Positions 22,473 through 36,100 of a stretch of 64,000 bases of DNA are shown piece by piece. Made by a program: the position numbers and the translations under genes. Position 1 is the stretch's first letter. The number at the start of each line of letters is the position of its first letter. A model generated the notes under the pieces. The model ran no database searches. It was given only the letters and a program-made list of their open reading frames with translations, and had not been told where the DNA came from. This stretch comes from Marsupella aquatica (lineage: Eukaryota; Plantae; Marchantiophyta): NCBI GenBank assembly GCA_973895155.1, contig OZ316893.1, positions 19,472,857 through 19,536,856 on the forward strand, read 5' to 3'.

Positions 22473-22688
22473 CCAGCCCTATGCCCCTGCGTTGCACGGT
22501 GCAAGGAGGGCCGGCCCATAGGGAGTCGGGCGGGGTATTCATGGGGCAGCACATTTCCTCCATCAATGGTCATGGGCAACAGCTATTTGAATCCAACGGT
22601 TGTGAAGCTTCCCATCCAGGAGCTTGTTTGTATTGGAATGAAGGACAAAAAAAGGCAGAATCCCTTATTATAGTTGTATATATATAAT
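22473..22688 (-). mobile_element. Small non-autonomous Helitron-like element
   Basis: Minus-strand 3' end CCGTGCAACGCAGG hairpin plus GGCATAGGGCTGG|T (CTRR). The 5' end A|TTATATATATACAACTATAATAAGGG resembles a TC-start Helitron terminus with one change. Confidence 0.55.
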
Positions 22689-23199
22689 TAATGTTTTTCA
22701 GTGCACAGAACCTCAAAGTTAGTATTTGCGTTTTCAACTATTGTCTGGAATCATGTAAACTCAGTATTTAATCTGACAAAACCTTTTTTTCACTCTGGAT
22801 TTTTTCACCCTCACCCTTTTCTGTCCACCTAGCAACACTTCTTGGTGGGCTTAGGTTTCAGTGGGAATCCGGGTTCAGATGGGGAGGATCGGAGGAGAGA
22901 ACCTATGTCACCTACTTAAAGCTAACTCCTAGGTCTACTACTTTGACTAACCAGTTCAGCTACACTTTGTTCGTCAGTGTGGACCCTAACTTTCTCACCC
23001 ATCAAACGGAGGGGCATGAATGGCTGCTATGATTCGGTGGCAGAATAGATCATAACATGTGACCCAAATCTTACCACTAAAAAAGACAGAGAATTTTAAT
23101 AATGCAAAGGCCCAAAAGAAAAAAGAAAAAAGAAAAAATATTTTTTAGAGGTAACAAGGGGAAATAGGACAACTGATAAAGGCAATTTATAATTTCTTT

Positions 23200-23256
23200 T
23201 GTTTTTTTTTTGTTTTTTTGGTTTTTTTTTGGGGGGGGGGGGGGGGGGGGGGGGGG
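23200..23256. repeat. T-rich tract followed by a 26-nt poly-G homopolymer
   Basis: G run at 23231-23256 directly after T-rich sequence. Confidence 0.95.
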
Positions 23257-25206
23257 CTTGCAGGTAAGTTTTCATTATTTCACATTCAGTGCGTATAACT
23301 CCATGAGGAAAATGTCTATCAAATGGGATGCTATCATGTCATTAATACACAACTCCACTATCCTCTGAACAATTCTAGTGAATTCCAACTGTAGTATTTT
23401 GCTCAGCTTTGTAGGAAGAGCTCAAACCGTGGTATAAACAATGTCTCATTCAGTTTGCCTATAGCTAGTGAAGGAAACTTTCTTTAGAAGAAAACTGTCA
23501 ATGTGCTCGTTAGCAGTCAATCTTTGATGCACTTGTGACTTTAAGTAGAAAATTACACTGTTGGGGTCAATTTCTTGCGCATGTGGGCCAGGAATGTCAC
23601 TCTCGTTGCAATAATTGTGATAGATAACCCAACAAACTCTCAAAGATAACAATCACTCAAGTATACATGGACACCCATGTGAACACGATGAAAAGATGAA
23701 AAGTCGTTTTTATTGCATTAATATTATTGCACCACTACATCAGCTGACGTTCCAGGGAGAGATAGTACCCGAGCCTGATTGAGCAATATAAAGCTAGAGC
23801 ATAGCTGGTGACCCCAGCCCTTTCCCTTTCAGCTTCTAGGCACTCATACGCCTAGCCTAAATCCAATCTGCACGGAAATTTGGGGTGGGGGAATTGGAAG
23901 CAGGCCTCTTACTGAAGTTCATGCTTGGTTAGTTGGTTTGTAACTTGTATCCCCCTCTTACATAGTTATCACGTGAACACCCTATCCACTCCAGCACTAT
24001 TAATGATTACATTCAATTTCCCTCATAGCAAAATGAAAAATGATTCGCTTTGAGGTAACCTCATCAAGCCTAAGTTTGGTGAAGGATCCCTATTCCCAGC
24101 CTGCTGTTGCAATCGCAGCCCAGTGCAATTTTTAAGCTTTTCCTTTGACTGTTGCCAGGGTGGTGATAGAAGGTGGCCCAGTGTCACCTGTTGGAAGACC
24201 CTCAGAAATTCCTTATCTAAATTTTCTGGATTAATTTATGACACTTAGATCTCTACACATTTGAGGATAAACATCAGATTAGTGGTGATTAGCCAGTGGC
24301 TGGGTAGGAAACTGGCTAATCAACAACAAAAGTCTGGCAAAGTTTTGCCAAAATTGGCAAAAACTTATCAGTGAGGTGAAATTTGGTCAAGTTTGGCCAC
24401 CATCTGGACAATCATTGCGGACCCTCATGGGAAGCTCCTTTCAAAATCCCTGGAAGCACATGTGTCCACATCAGCACTATTAGTCACAAACACGAATGAG
24501 TAGTCATGCAAGAACAACCAAACGTGACTGTTTGTGTTTGAGACAAGGCAAATAAAACAATTAGAACTAAAAATTGTAAAAATAATGACACAATGAATAG
24601 TAACACTTCAAATAAACAAAAATGGTAGTTTACATAGGGTACAATTGACATTATTGTCAATAAGTTAAAATAGGTGTGTCTTAGAACAAACATGCTATAA
24701 TCCGTGACCAAGGAAAGCGCATTGTAATGAACCTATCGGTAAACTACTGGCTTTAGTAGAGATGACTCATGCATCTAGCTAATGTACAAGAAAAACCATT
24801 TGCCATATAAGTTTGATCAAATAAAATTTTCATTTGATCAGAATTATATTAAAGTTTGTGCCAACTGAAATTGGTCCCTTAAAAGGTTCAATTGTTTTTC
24901 TGCAATCTGGCCTTGGTTAAATTACCAAAGTCCAACAGTGAGCATGGCTCAAAACTTGGTGACAAGGGGGCATTGAGTTCAAACACATATGCAAAGAGGT
25001 TGCACATTTACAGCTAGTACACTTGCAAAATTTTGATTCATAATTACTCTAGAACAAGGTTCAAAGGAAACATCAGCATACTTGATACTTAGGTTGAATA
25101 ATGAATCTAAAAGGTGGCAATCCAATGAAAACCATTAGTTTAGTACAAGGTAAGTGATAGACCTGTTACACACCCCATCCCGAGTTCTCAACTCTCTATT
25201 TGGGTC

Positions 25207-28200
25207 TGTTGAACCTTGACATCATTCGCAACGACCATACAACCATGACTCATTCCATGCACACGTAGTCAACACAATCTCTACGTGGTTCACCTCTTCT
25301 CCAAGGTTACGTCCACACGAACACTCCAGCTTTACTTCAAGAGTAGACGAACACACATGCTCTCCCTCTTCCTCAAGTTGCTCCGTTACAATGAGTAAGC
25401 ACCACACACCAGCGGCTTACACTAGCCCTGGTATATACAAGGTCAAATACGACTAACCTAACCTCAGCTAAGACCCTAACTGTGGTTAGCCTAAGTGTCA
25501 TAACCTTTTAGTCACAAGACTAAGAGCAATCCTTAACAAACTCCCCCTTGAATCTAGTCTTGGGGACTGCAATTTCTGCTATCCATATGAGATACTCAGC
25601 GGTAAATTCTAGGCAATCACCTAAAATCATAGGTGTCCCCCTAAAAACCATTTAAGGTTAAAACTAAGAGTTAACTAGAATTAAGCTGTAGCCATAACAG
25701 GATTGAGTAAACCATATACATAAATCACATCTTGTTAAGTTACTCTACTTGTGCTACAAATGCAAAACTTGTAGAGTAGCACGGTGTCTAGAGTAACTCT
25801 CCAAAGGAATCACTTTGGTAAAAGCATCAGCCGGGTTGAGTTTTCCATCAATCTTGACTAGCTCAAACATTTTATCAGACATTGTTTGCCTAATAAAATG
25901 GTACCTTATGTCAATGTGTTTCACCATGCTATCCATAACCTGGTTAATAGCTAGGTGAAGCGCACTTTGGCTGTTACAATGAAGAACCATTTTTCCATGC
26001 TCCAATCCCATCTCAATGACCAGCTTATCCAACCAAATTACTTCCTTTGCTGCTTCTGCTACTGCAACATATTCTGCTTTTGTAGTAGACTGAGATACAC
26101 ACTTTTGCAAGGTAGATCTCCAACTTATGCATCCTCCTCCAAGAGTAAACACATACCCAGTCGTTGACCTCCTTGTTTCCAGACAGCCTCCGTAGTCAGA
26201 ATCTACATAGCCAACCAAAGATTTGGTTTTGTTTGATCTACTTTCAAACAACAGACCATAGTCTATTGTGCCCTTAAGATACCTGAGAATCCATTTCACA
26301 GCCTCCCAGTGTACCTTCCCTGGATTTGACATGAATCTACTAACTTTGTCCATTGCTAGGGCTAGATCAGGCCTGGTACATGTCATCAAATACATTAGAC
26401 TGCCCACTACCTTCTCATAAGGAACCTTAGTCATCAAGCCTCTCTCCACTGGATCCGTGGGGCAGAAAGCCGATAATAACTTGAAATGTGGAGCCAAATG
26501 AATACTTACTGGCTTACAATTTTCCATGTTGAATCTTGCAAGTACCTTTTCAGCATATTTGCCTTGATTCAGCCACAACTGTCCAGTTTCAAAGTTCTTT
26601 GTTATCTCCATACCTAAGATCCTTTTAGCTTTCCCAATATCCTTCATTCGGAATTCAGAACTCAATTTTGCTTTGAGTTTGTCAACCTCAGTTTGATCCT
26701 TAGCCGCAATCAACATGTCATCCACATAGAGCACCAGAATGAGTAAACCAAACACACCATTCTTGACTGATTTTGTATACACACAAGGGTCATATACCAT
26801 TCTAGTGAATCCTTGTGCAAGCATGAAATCATCAAACCGTTTGTTCCACTGCCGAGGAGCTTGCTTCAATCCATACAGGGACTTAAGCAACTTGCAAACT
26901 AAACTTTCTTGACCCTTCTTCACAAAGCCCAGTGGTTGCCTCATGAAAATTTGTTCCTCCAAGGTGCCATAGAGAAAAGCAGTAACAACATCCATTTGAT
27001 CTAACACCAGATCAAAAAATACAACAAGTTGACACAAAATTCGTATCGTGGAATACTTGGCAACTGGAGAGAAGACCTCATTGTAATCCACTCCATTCTC
27101 CTGAGTGAATCCCTTGGCAACAAGCCTTGCCTTGTATATCTTGTCTCCTCCATCTGAAGAGTTGTCCTTCAACTTGTAAATTCACTTGCTATCCACCACT
27201 TGTTGATCACTTGGCAACTGCACCAGCTCCCATGTTTTGTTGTCACTTAAAGATTGCAACTCCCTCTGCATTGCTGCATTCCATTCATCTTTCTCGTCTG
27301 AAATGTTTGCCTCATGATATGAAGACGGTTCTCCTTTTTCCAAGATCAGTGCTTTGTCATCATCATCAGGTGCAATGTCAGCATCATCTAACCTTGATGA
27401 GTCTGGGTATTGTCCATACCTTGTAGGAGCTCGAGTAGTTCGCCTTGATTTTCTAGCTGATGATTCTGGCTGATCTTGCTCCGTTGGTTGATTTTGAGGT
27501 ATTCCAACAACAACCCACTCTTCTTGTTCCATCATCGGAACCAGCTCCATTATCGGAGCACCTCCTTCAACTATGTCATAAAAACCCTCATGACCAATCT
27601 CTCCCTCAACATGGTCTAGGATAGAAGATTTACCTTTATCAGTACGGGAAGTCTGAGCATTCTCCCCCTCCTTTGATGATCTGGATTCATTAAAGGATAC
27701 ATCTCTATTGACAAGCAACGTACAAGCTTCTGGATCCCATAGCTTGTAACCTTTCACACCTGGTTGATAACCAAGAAAAAGACACTTCTTGGAAGTAGAA
27801 TCTAGTTTAGATCGATTATGCTTAGGTGTAAGAGCATATGCATCACTTCCAAAGACTCTCAAAACCTGATAGTCTGCGTGCCGTCCATACCTCATTTCAA
27901 ACGGCGTCTTGAAATTGATTGCACTTGAAGGAGAAAGATTTACCAAATAAGTTGTCGTATTTATAGCTTCAGCCCAAAATTCATGCGGTAAACCTGATTG
28001 GCTTAACATACTCCTCGATTGCTCCAATAGTGTTCGGTTCAGCCGCTCACAAACACCATTCTGTTGAGGAGTATAAACTGTCATGAGATGGTGAGTAATC
28101 CCTTGCTCTGCACAGTATAGTTCAAATTCACTTGAACTGTACTCCCCACCGTTATCTGATCGCAAATATCTCACCTTGGATCCAGTCTGATTCTCAATTT

Positions 28201-30215
28201 GGGCTTTTCACTTCTTAAAAGTGCCAAAAACTTCAGACTTGGCGTGCAGAAATGTGATCCACATAGACCGTGAGTAATCATCAATGAACGTGACATAGTA
28301 CAATTTTCCAGAAAGTGAGGGAGTTGGGGCTGGACCCCATATATCATTATGTACATACTCAAGTATAGCTTTGGTATTGTGAGTTCCAACACCAAAGGTT
28401 CTCCTGTGCTGCTTCCCAAGCACACAGTGTTCACAAAAATCTAACTTAGTAGATTCCAAATTAGAAAGAAGTCATTTTCTGCGAAGTACCGCCAAACCTT
28501 TTTCACTCATGTGTCCCAATCTGCAGTGCCACAATTGAGTCATCTCGCCTTGAGATCTAGTTACATTGGCTTCTTCACAAATCACGTTGCCCTCCAACAA
28601 GTATAGATTCCTGTGTTGCTTACCCTTCATGACAACCTTGCCTCCGGTTGACACTTGAAGAATACCATCAGCAGAACTCCACCGACATCCATTTGCTTCA
28701 AGCATTCCAAGAGAAATTAAGTTCTTTTTCATGTCAGGTATGTGTCTGACATTACTCACTGTTCGCATAGCTCCATCAAACATCCGAATTTTCACGGATC
28801 CAATTCCAATAATTTGACAAGGATGATCATTCCCCATTAACACGGAACCGGTTGATACTGAGTAAGAACTAAAAAACTCTTTCATACAACAAATATGATA
28901 GGTATAGGCACAATCTAAAATCCATTCATCACCGTTGTTACCGGATGAAATGCAAAGGGCAACATCTTGACTTCATAAGATTTCATCATCAAGCAAGTCA
29001 ATCATATCAACATCAGTGGCTGTGTTTGCTGATGGTTGATGAGTCTGCTTGACTCGACAGTCTCTTTTCATGTGGCTGGGCTTGTTACATTTCCAACATA
29101 TAATTGGTTTCATTTCTAGAGATTTCTCTCTAGACCTGGATCTAGACTTAGATCGAGCCTACTCCTTGTCTCTATTCCGTGAGGGGTATGATTGTGAAAA
29201 GGACCTGTTTTCACTAGTCATCCGTTGTTGAGTCCTCCCGCGGTTTATATTCAACACACTGCCAGATGAAGATGGTGTCTGGGTATGACCCAGTTTCTTT
29301 TGTGCATCATCTGATAACAAAGAGCTTACCACCTCATCATATGAAATAGTTTTGAGGTCTCTATACAAGAGAACCTGCTTCAAACCTTGATACGATGGGG
29401 GTAAGGAGCTGAGAAGAAGCAATGCCTTATCTTCATTTTCCACTCCCTTGCCAAGATTTGATAAATCTACAGCTAGGCTATCGAATTCATCCAAGTGATC
29501 TCGAAGCTTGCCTCCTTCTTTTAGCCTCAAGCTCATCAAGAGAAATTTCTTTTATAACCGATCTGAGGCATCCTCGCGGTAGTACTTCTCTCTAAGAGCC
29601 TTGAATAAGGATACGCAATCCTCGTAATCGTCCAGCTTCTTAATGATATGCGGCTTCAGATACAGCATAACCGCATTCACAACGATCACTTGCTCCTGCC
29701 TCCATTTCCTCAACGGGATCTCCTTCTCACTACTAGACTCCTCCCGAGTCGAAAGCAGATGATATAGGCCCATAGCACAAAGAATTCCCTTAACCTGCTT
29801 CTCCCATAGCAAATAATCCGTGCGCCCATCATACTTTTCCACCTCAAACTTGACACCTCCAAACTTGGATGCCATCGTTGCCCTCCCAAACCTTGACATC
29901 ATTCGCAACGACCATACAATTATGACTCATTCCATGCACACGTAGTCGACATAATCTCTACGTGGTTCACCTCTTCTCCAAGGCTACGTCCACACGAACA
30001 CTCCAACTTTACTTCAAGAGTAGACGAACACACATGCTCTCCCTCTTCCTCAAGTTGCTCCGTTACAATGAGTAAGCACCACACACCAGTGGCTTACACT
30101 AGCTCTGGTATATACAAGGTCACACACGACTAATCTAACCTCAGCTAAGACACTAACTGTGGTTAGCCTAAATGTCGTAACCTTTTAGTCACAAGACTAA
30201 GAACAATCCTTAACA
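25207..30215 (-). mobile_element. Ty1/copia LTR retrotransposon (Tnt1/Tork-like), decayed, lacking PBS and leader
   Basis: LTRs 25207-25538 and ~29889-30215, TSD GGGTC/GTGTC, PPT AAGGGGGAGTT (25539-25549, minus). Domain order is gag (KFEVEKYDG) - protease (WILD) - integrase (LWHCRLGH, RSDNGGEY) - RT (YKARLVAKG, YVDDML) - RNase H (NPADAFTK). Confidence 0.97.
25754..29875 (-). pseudogene. Copia gag-pol polyprotein, disrupted by stops and frameshifts
   Basis: ORF pieces 29552-29908, 29159-29539, 28472-28885, 28208-28459, 27182-28174 and 25754-27172 are consecutive parts of one polyprotein. Confidence 0.93.
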
Positions 30216-33129
30216 GTGTCATGCATCACCCCCCATAAGTTAGTCTTACTTCATCCACACTCTGATAGTCTGGTCATGATGTGAAACTTCAGGCACAAAT
30301 AGTAGACTCTTGCATAGATTTAAGTTTCTTGCCTATACGACTAGACCATAGAGGCAGTCAAAAATCATTCATGCCCTCGAAAGGGATCATCGTGTGGCCC
30401 TGCATGAATGAACCCTCCAAGCACAATTCCCCAATGCAGATTGAAGAGAATTGGCAGAGAAAATTTGTCGGATATAGTACAGACGCATTTCTATCTTTGC
30501 AAGGTGGATAAATCATCGCTTTTGTTGAATTGGTAGAGACAGACACAACTCTTGCCTGTTGAAGTTTCTGATAACTCGATAAACTCATAAGCACGAGAGG
30601 GATCAATACAAGAATGAGGGAGGGAGAGACTCCCATGAGACCATATAAAGACAAAGCTCTGTGAGCTATGGTTGATCACAGATTAGGTCACTATAACCTG
30701 ACAAAGGCCTACTCAACTCTTTCTTTTGCCGTGGTTACTATTTATTGTGTGATGGCCAAAAAAGGACAGGTATGGTTTTGTAGCTGTTTATTAATGTGAG
30801 CCTAAATCAGAGGAGCACTCCGCACACGAGAAGATGGGTGTAATGTCCAGAAGACAAAAGAGTTCTGACATTTCTAGCTTGTCACTTCAAGGGTCTTGTA
30901 AATGTTAGCCTGTCTTGTAAATGTCCTCTCGGTCGCCATAGGGATGGTACCACTGACATTTACATTCTTCGTCACCGCTCATGAATTGAGGTTTCTTCAC
31001 AATCGGTCTGAGGGGAACTTTCCCTTTCCCTTCTAAAATAGTTCCCGCGCAGGGTTTAATTCTGGCCAGAATTTACAAGAATGTAAAGGTATACATGCTT
31101 TACCTGTCTTGGTCGGTTGTTCTTTCTCTAAAGTGGAAATGTTTGACATGCTGTAGGAAAGTTGCTTGGAGAGAATTTCTGGGGGCTAATGCCTGCCACT
31201 AGTGGTCGAATCTCGGTTGACGAAATTGCTTTTGCGTAAATTTAAATGTTTTGTGAATCTCACTGATTGCACGACTTTTCAGGATTGAATTGGCTCTTTT
31301 GAATACTTTTCCTGTTTTTTGGTGAACCTGGAATCAAATTGGTCCTCTTGGTACTCGTGTGCTTTGGCTACTTTCCAGTGATGTACTGTAGCTGCAAAGT
31401 TTTTTGAGTGGCCCCTGGACGTGAATATGTTGATTGTACGTAGCGCCATCTTGTTCCTGGGATGAGAGAACGCAAGAACTCTATCCGAAACTCTACCCTG
31501 AGGGCCTGAGCGATTTCTGAACGAGATGACGGGAGAAGATAACGGCTGGAAGAGTGTGTACGACTGTCATCAGCAGTTTTTATTATTTTTGAAGTGCGGT
31601 AGGTCCCATGATAGTACCACCAAAACCTCTGCTGGTGGCGGTATGTCTAATTCCTGGCGGGGACTGTGATCGTCTTCCAACTGTCTACATTACTTTGGGT
31701 TACGCCGCGTGGGTGGCCAGGTTTCTTGTGTCTTGGTGGAAAATAACTTTCTGGGAGGGGGAAACGCAATCATGTCATCTCCTATGTGTGTCAAATTCTT
31801 GAGGTTGACGGTCATCCTGTCGGAACACCCTCGGCCTAAGCGAGAGCGTTTGTTAAGCGAGAGTATTTAGACTCATACGAATGACATAGGAATTGCGAGA
31901 CGAAACATCCATACAAAACATAACATAGATGTAGTTGTGGTGCAGAAAGCACCAACTAATTTCTGCTTCAGTGATACAACAGATTAGCCTGATATCTAAT
32001 TCCCATTGAAGCTAATAGGGATCACCTGCCTATCCTCATCAGCCCAATCACCGTTCTAATTACCTGGACGGGGATCGGTGGCAGCAAATTGAGTAACGAT
32101 GAAGACAAATTGTAGCATCATCTTCAGATCTAAGAATGAAATACAAATCTGGTGAATTCGCTCAAAGAAATGGGATGAGTTCACCTGATTTTTGTATCAC
32201 CTCCATGTTTAGACTTTGACAGAAAATACAATACCTAGCAACAACAAATTCAGTCAGCATGACCAATTGATGCAGCTAGTATTTGAGTTTGATGAGAAGT
32301 CACCATGAGCAATTGATGCAGCTTCAGAACTTGATGCTCCAGTTGTCCGAGAAAGAGCTTACAAACCTGTAGCGAACACCCGACGAAACCTATGCAAAAA
32401 CAATTCTCGTAACTTGGACAATGCAGTCCTCGTTAAAACTTCAGATAGTGGGTTTGACTTGTATATACTCGTACTGTACATTTCGATTCGGAAAAAATCG
32501 TACTGTACATTTCGATTGCTACACTGCGCTCGCTTTGTTCACAGACTTATTCTCCGGTCACACTAGCGCTCACAGAGCGCGCATCCCAAGTAGATGGAGA
32601 GATAAAGCTGCGCTACAGTGGTAAATTGTGGATGCGGCGAACAATTGCATGTAATATCATTAGCCAGCTGCTTTATGACGATGAAGTTTCACATCTGTAA
32701 TAGCAACCTGAAGCCGCAGCGCCGCTATCTGAATATGTTATAAGTACCTTATTTGTTTGCGTGCATGGAATTTTTACTAGAAAATGAGACCACCGCGACA
32801 GTTAGCTTTTCTAATCTTTGTGTCCGCATGTTAAAGTCATAATTGTTTTACTCAGAAAATACGAACCACAATGGGATTCTGCCTGACCACCGCGACATGT
32901 CGCTTTTATAACTTTTGCCTAACCTATTGCATATTAAAGTCAGGTGATGTGATCTGTTTGTATAAGATAGAGATTGTATCTCGTTTGAACGGTCGATTCA
33001 ATGCAGCAATTACACAGGTCCAACATTCCAGATTCCTGTCAGTTCCACTGAAATGGAAATCAGGAGAAGCTAGACAGGCTGACTAGGGTCGAAGGAATAC
33101 TTTGGATGTGCTCGCTTAACTGTTACCCC

Positions 33130-36100
33130 AATCTGATATGGATCCACAGGAGATGGTCAGATTGTCCTGTTGCCAGCAGCCCTGCCCTTTCACTTACTTT
33201 CGGCACAAAAGGTGCACTATTAGACCCATACAGTAAAAATGTGATCCCATAGGGAAGGCCCGATGATGATGAGGTACCTTCTCCAGCGAAAAAACTCTCC
33301 AGACCAACGTGAGACATTTGTGAAAATTCTAAACGAAGGGAGATCATTCACTTCTGGTGGAAGGAGACGGATCACAGATGTAGAGGATCTATCAATATAA
33401 ACCCTCCAAGAAACTTCTTTTGTCGAGATATCAGGCATTAGGAGTATTCTCTACCCCCGATCTCTCATAATCTCAGTCTTCTCGAGTATGACATAGGCGC
33501 AAACTTTACACATATCTCTGGTGATCCTGGCTTTAATTCGAGTTGCGAGGTTCGTTGATTTCTCGACATCTCTAATAATGAGCATATCATCGTCAATCGA
33601 ACGGCCACCGACTCGAGACGTTGCTTGCCGGGGTCAAGATCAAAGCATGAATGAATGATGTACCAAAAACTTGTTGGCCATGGCAGAACTTTCTCAGTAG
33701 AGCCAAGTGTCCAATCTAAAAATAGTGTGAGAATCAGTGTTTCTAAAACCTGGATTTGTCGAGCTTGATCGTTCTATCTGAACTTTTCAGAAGACGACGG
33801 CGTTTGTACATAAAGCTCTTCCATACCATATTGTAGTCAGTTTGGAGAGTCTTGTCTCAAAACACGGCAGCGGTACTTTCTAAACAAAATCAATCCGCAG
33901 GTTGGAAAACCATACAATAAAAACTCCATGCGCCTCGTCACCTGAAGCTAACATCAAGACCAGGCGATCCATTACATTAAAGTAACCAGAGGCAAAACTT
34001 TGATGTGTGTCAGCGACTACTAGACGGGCTAATGATTTGCCAGCCAAAGACTGCAGCGATGCTGCCGAATGAGCAAATACGGTGGTGAGCAATTTTATAC
34101 AGAGTATTATGGCTATACAGGTAACTACTGCTTTTGTAATGTGTTGCTAACTCGACTCGATAAAGAGCCACCTATAGATATTTATCTACAAGTCTTCCAA
34201 GCACCTGGTTCCAAGCATCTATTGGCCCAGGCAGGCACCAGTGAAGGCAGTCATTGGGATGATACACAGTAGGATCCAATCCAAAGTCCGGGTGGGGCAC
34301 ACGGAAACGACCTGGATGTCCATCAGCTCGTTGCAACGACACTTTTGTCACATCCAGAACTTCAATCCGAGCATCCTTGTTCAGCTCTCTGTTCTGTTTG
34401 ACAATGCCATTGAACTCCTCAAAGAAAATGTCATGCATTATGTTGTGCTCTCCTGAAAATTGGGTACTCTCCAGTGGTTGAAGCGGCAGTTTTCGTTTGC
34501 AATCTCCACCATTATCCCATGATCCGTTCTCGAAATGCGAGAGGGGAAATGTGCTAATCACGGCGACACCTTTATACTCATCAGAGACCTTTTCCAGAAC
34601 CTGGCGGATCGCTGCTCTGTAGGCTTCGTGATATGAAAGGTCGGTCAGGTTTAATCCCGGGCAATAATGACACCCGATCACCTCCTGTTGCTTCATGTAC
34701 AACGCCATTTTAGGGTACCACTGGCCTGTTGAGAAAATGAAGAAGTCGAAATCCTGCATCACAGATGTCCAGGCAGTATCCAGCACATCCAAATAGACTA
34801 GACTTCGGCCTTTGGCAAAACCCATGTCTCCTGCATCGTCAACATCTTTGAGTAGGTACGGAGACCAAAACATAGCCAAAATGAATTGGTGTTCTTTGAA
34901 CAGCCACCGGCTTGTCCTGTCGTCTTCTGAAACGTACGTTCTAAGGGGTATCTCGACCTGCACGTCAGACAGTCGCGGTAGAATTTTGTGAGGGACGAAA
35001 ACAGCTAATGAGACATTACCGAACTTCTTGAAAGAAATTTTCAAGTCCTGAATGAAATAGTAGAGCCATCTGGTCATCACAAGTCATGTAACATTAGTTA
35101 ATCGCGTTACGAATCTCGACGGCAAGATAAGTCAGCTCCTTAAAATCCCAAAAGCGTGAGGCAGCACAGATTCAACCAACAATCAGATTCGACCGACACT
35201 CGATCGGGGATGATTATCTGGACTTCTCCATGTTATGACGGAGACATGACTCAAACAGAATGTAGCATTCATACGCTTAAAGAGCAGCTTAGAGTACCTG
35301 AGACAGCAGACATTGCAGCGATTGCATTTGGTTGCGAGAAATGGAGTCCCCTGCGAAGGCAATCGCCTTGCCCCTGAACTTGTCAAGGAATGACTTGGCG
35401 TCAAAACGAGGCAGGTCGCAACCTCGAGGTTTCCATTTCCAGTATAAATAATCGGTATCTGGCCTTCCGTTGGACAGGCAATCCTGAAACTCTTGAATGT
35501 AGGAACATGTCGCGTTCGTGTATAGAGGACCTTCTGGATCGTGCTCCCACTCCCCTTCAACGAGATCGCATTCTTCTGCAAAGACAAATGTCGCTCCGTC
35601 AGCCGCTTTAATAACAAATACCCCTCGAAAGGGATGCTACGTACCCAGTGATTAAACAAGAAATTGAACTCGATTTTCTCCTCAAACATTCTAATTCGGC
35701 TAATAGACATTCGAGAATGAATATCGCCTCACTGTCACGCGCATTTAGGAATTGCGTACAATTTCCTCTTGGAGATCAAACCAAGCTTATCAAAAGGAGT
35801 AGTCAGAAGATGAGATGAAGCCCATGCGATTTAGATTTTGGGTACGTACGAACCTGGGGTTAACCTTAGTAACAATCTTGCATTGAAGGGAGCAGATTCA
35901 GATAAGAATTACTGGAAAATTACACGCGCATGTTAATGACGTTTAGTGTAAAGAGAAGACGGAAATGATCGTAAATACCTGTAGGCATTTCTCCATAAGT
36001 CTGGTCACTGTCCTGCTGTGGTCTATCTTCCTCCTTATCAACCTGCTCCACGGGTTTCGGTTCTTCCTCTGCCAGCTTAGGGGGCTTAGGGAGCTTCGTC

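Noticed and set aside
30281-30700. Weak ASCH-like phrase (LQGG*IIAFVELVET)
   Set aside because: Too short, broken by stops and lacking other motifs to support a call.
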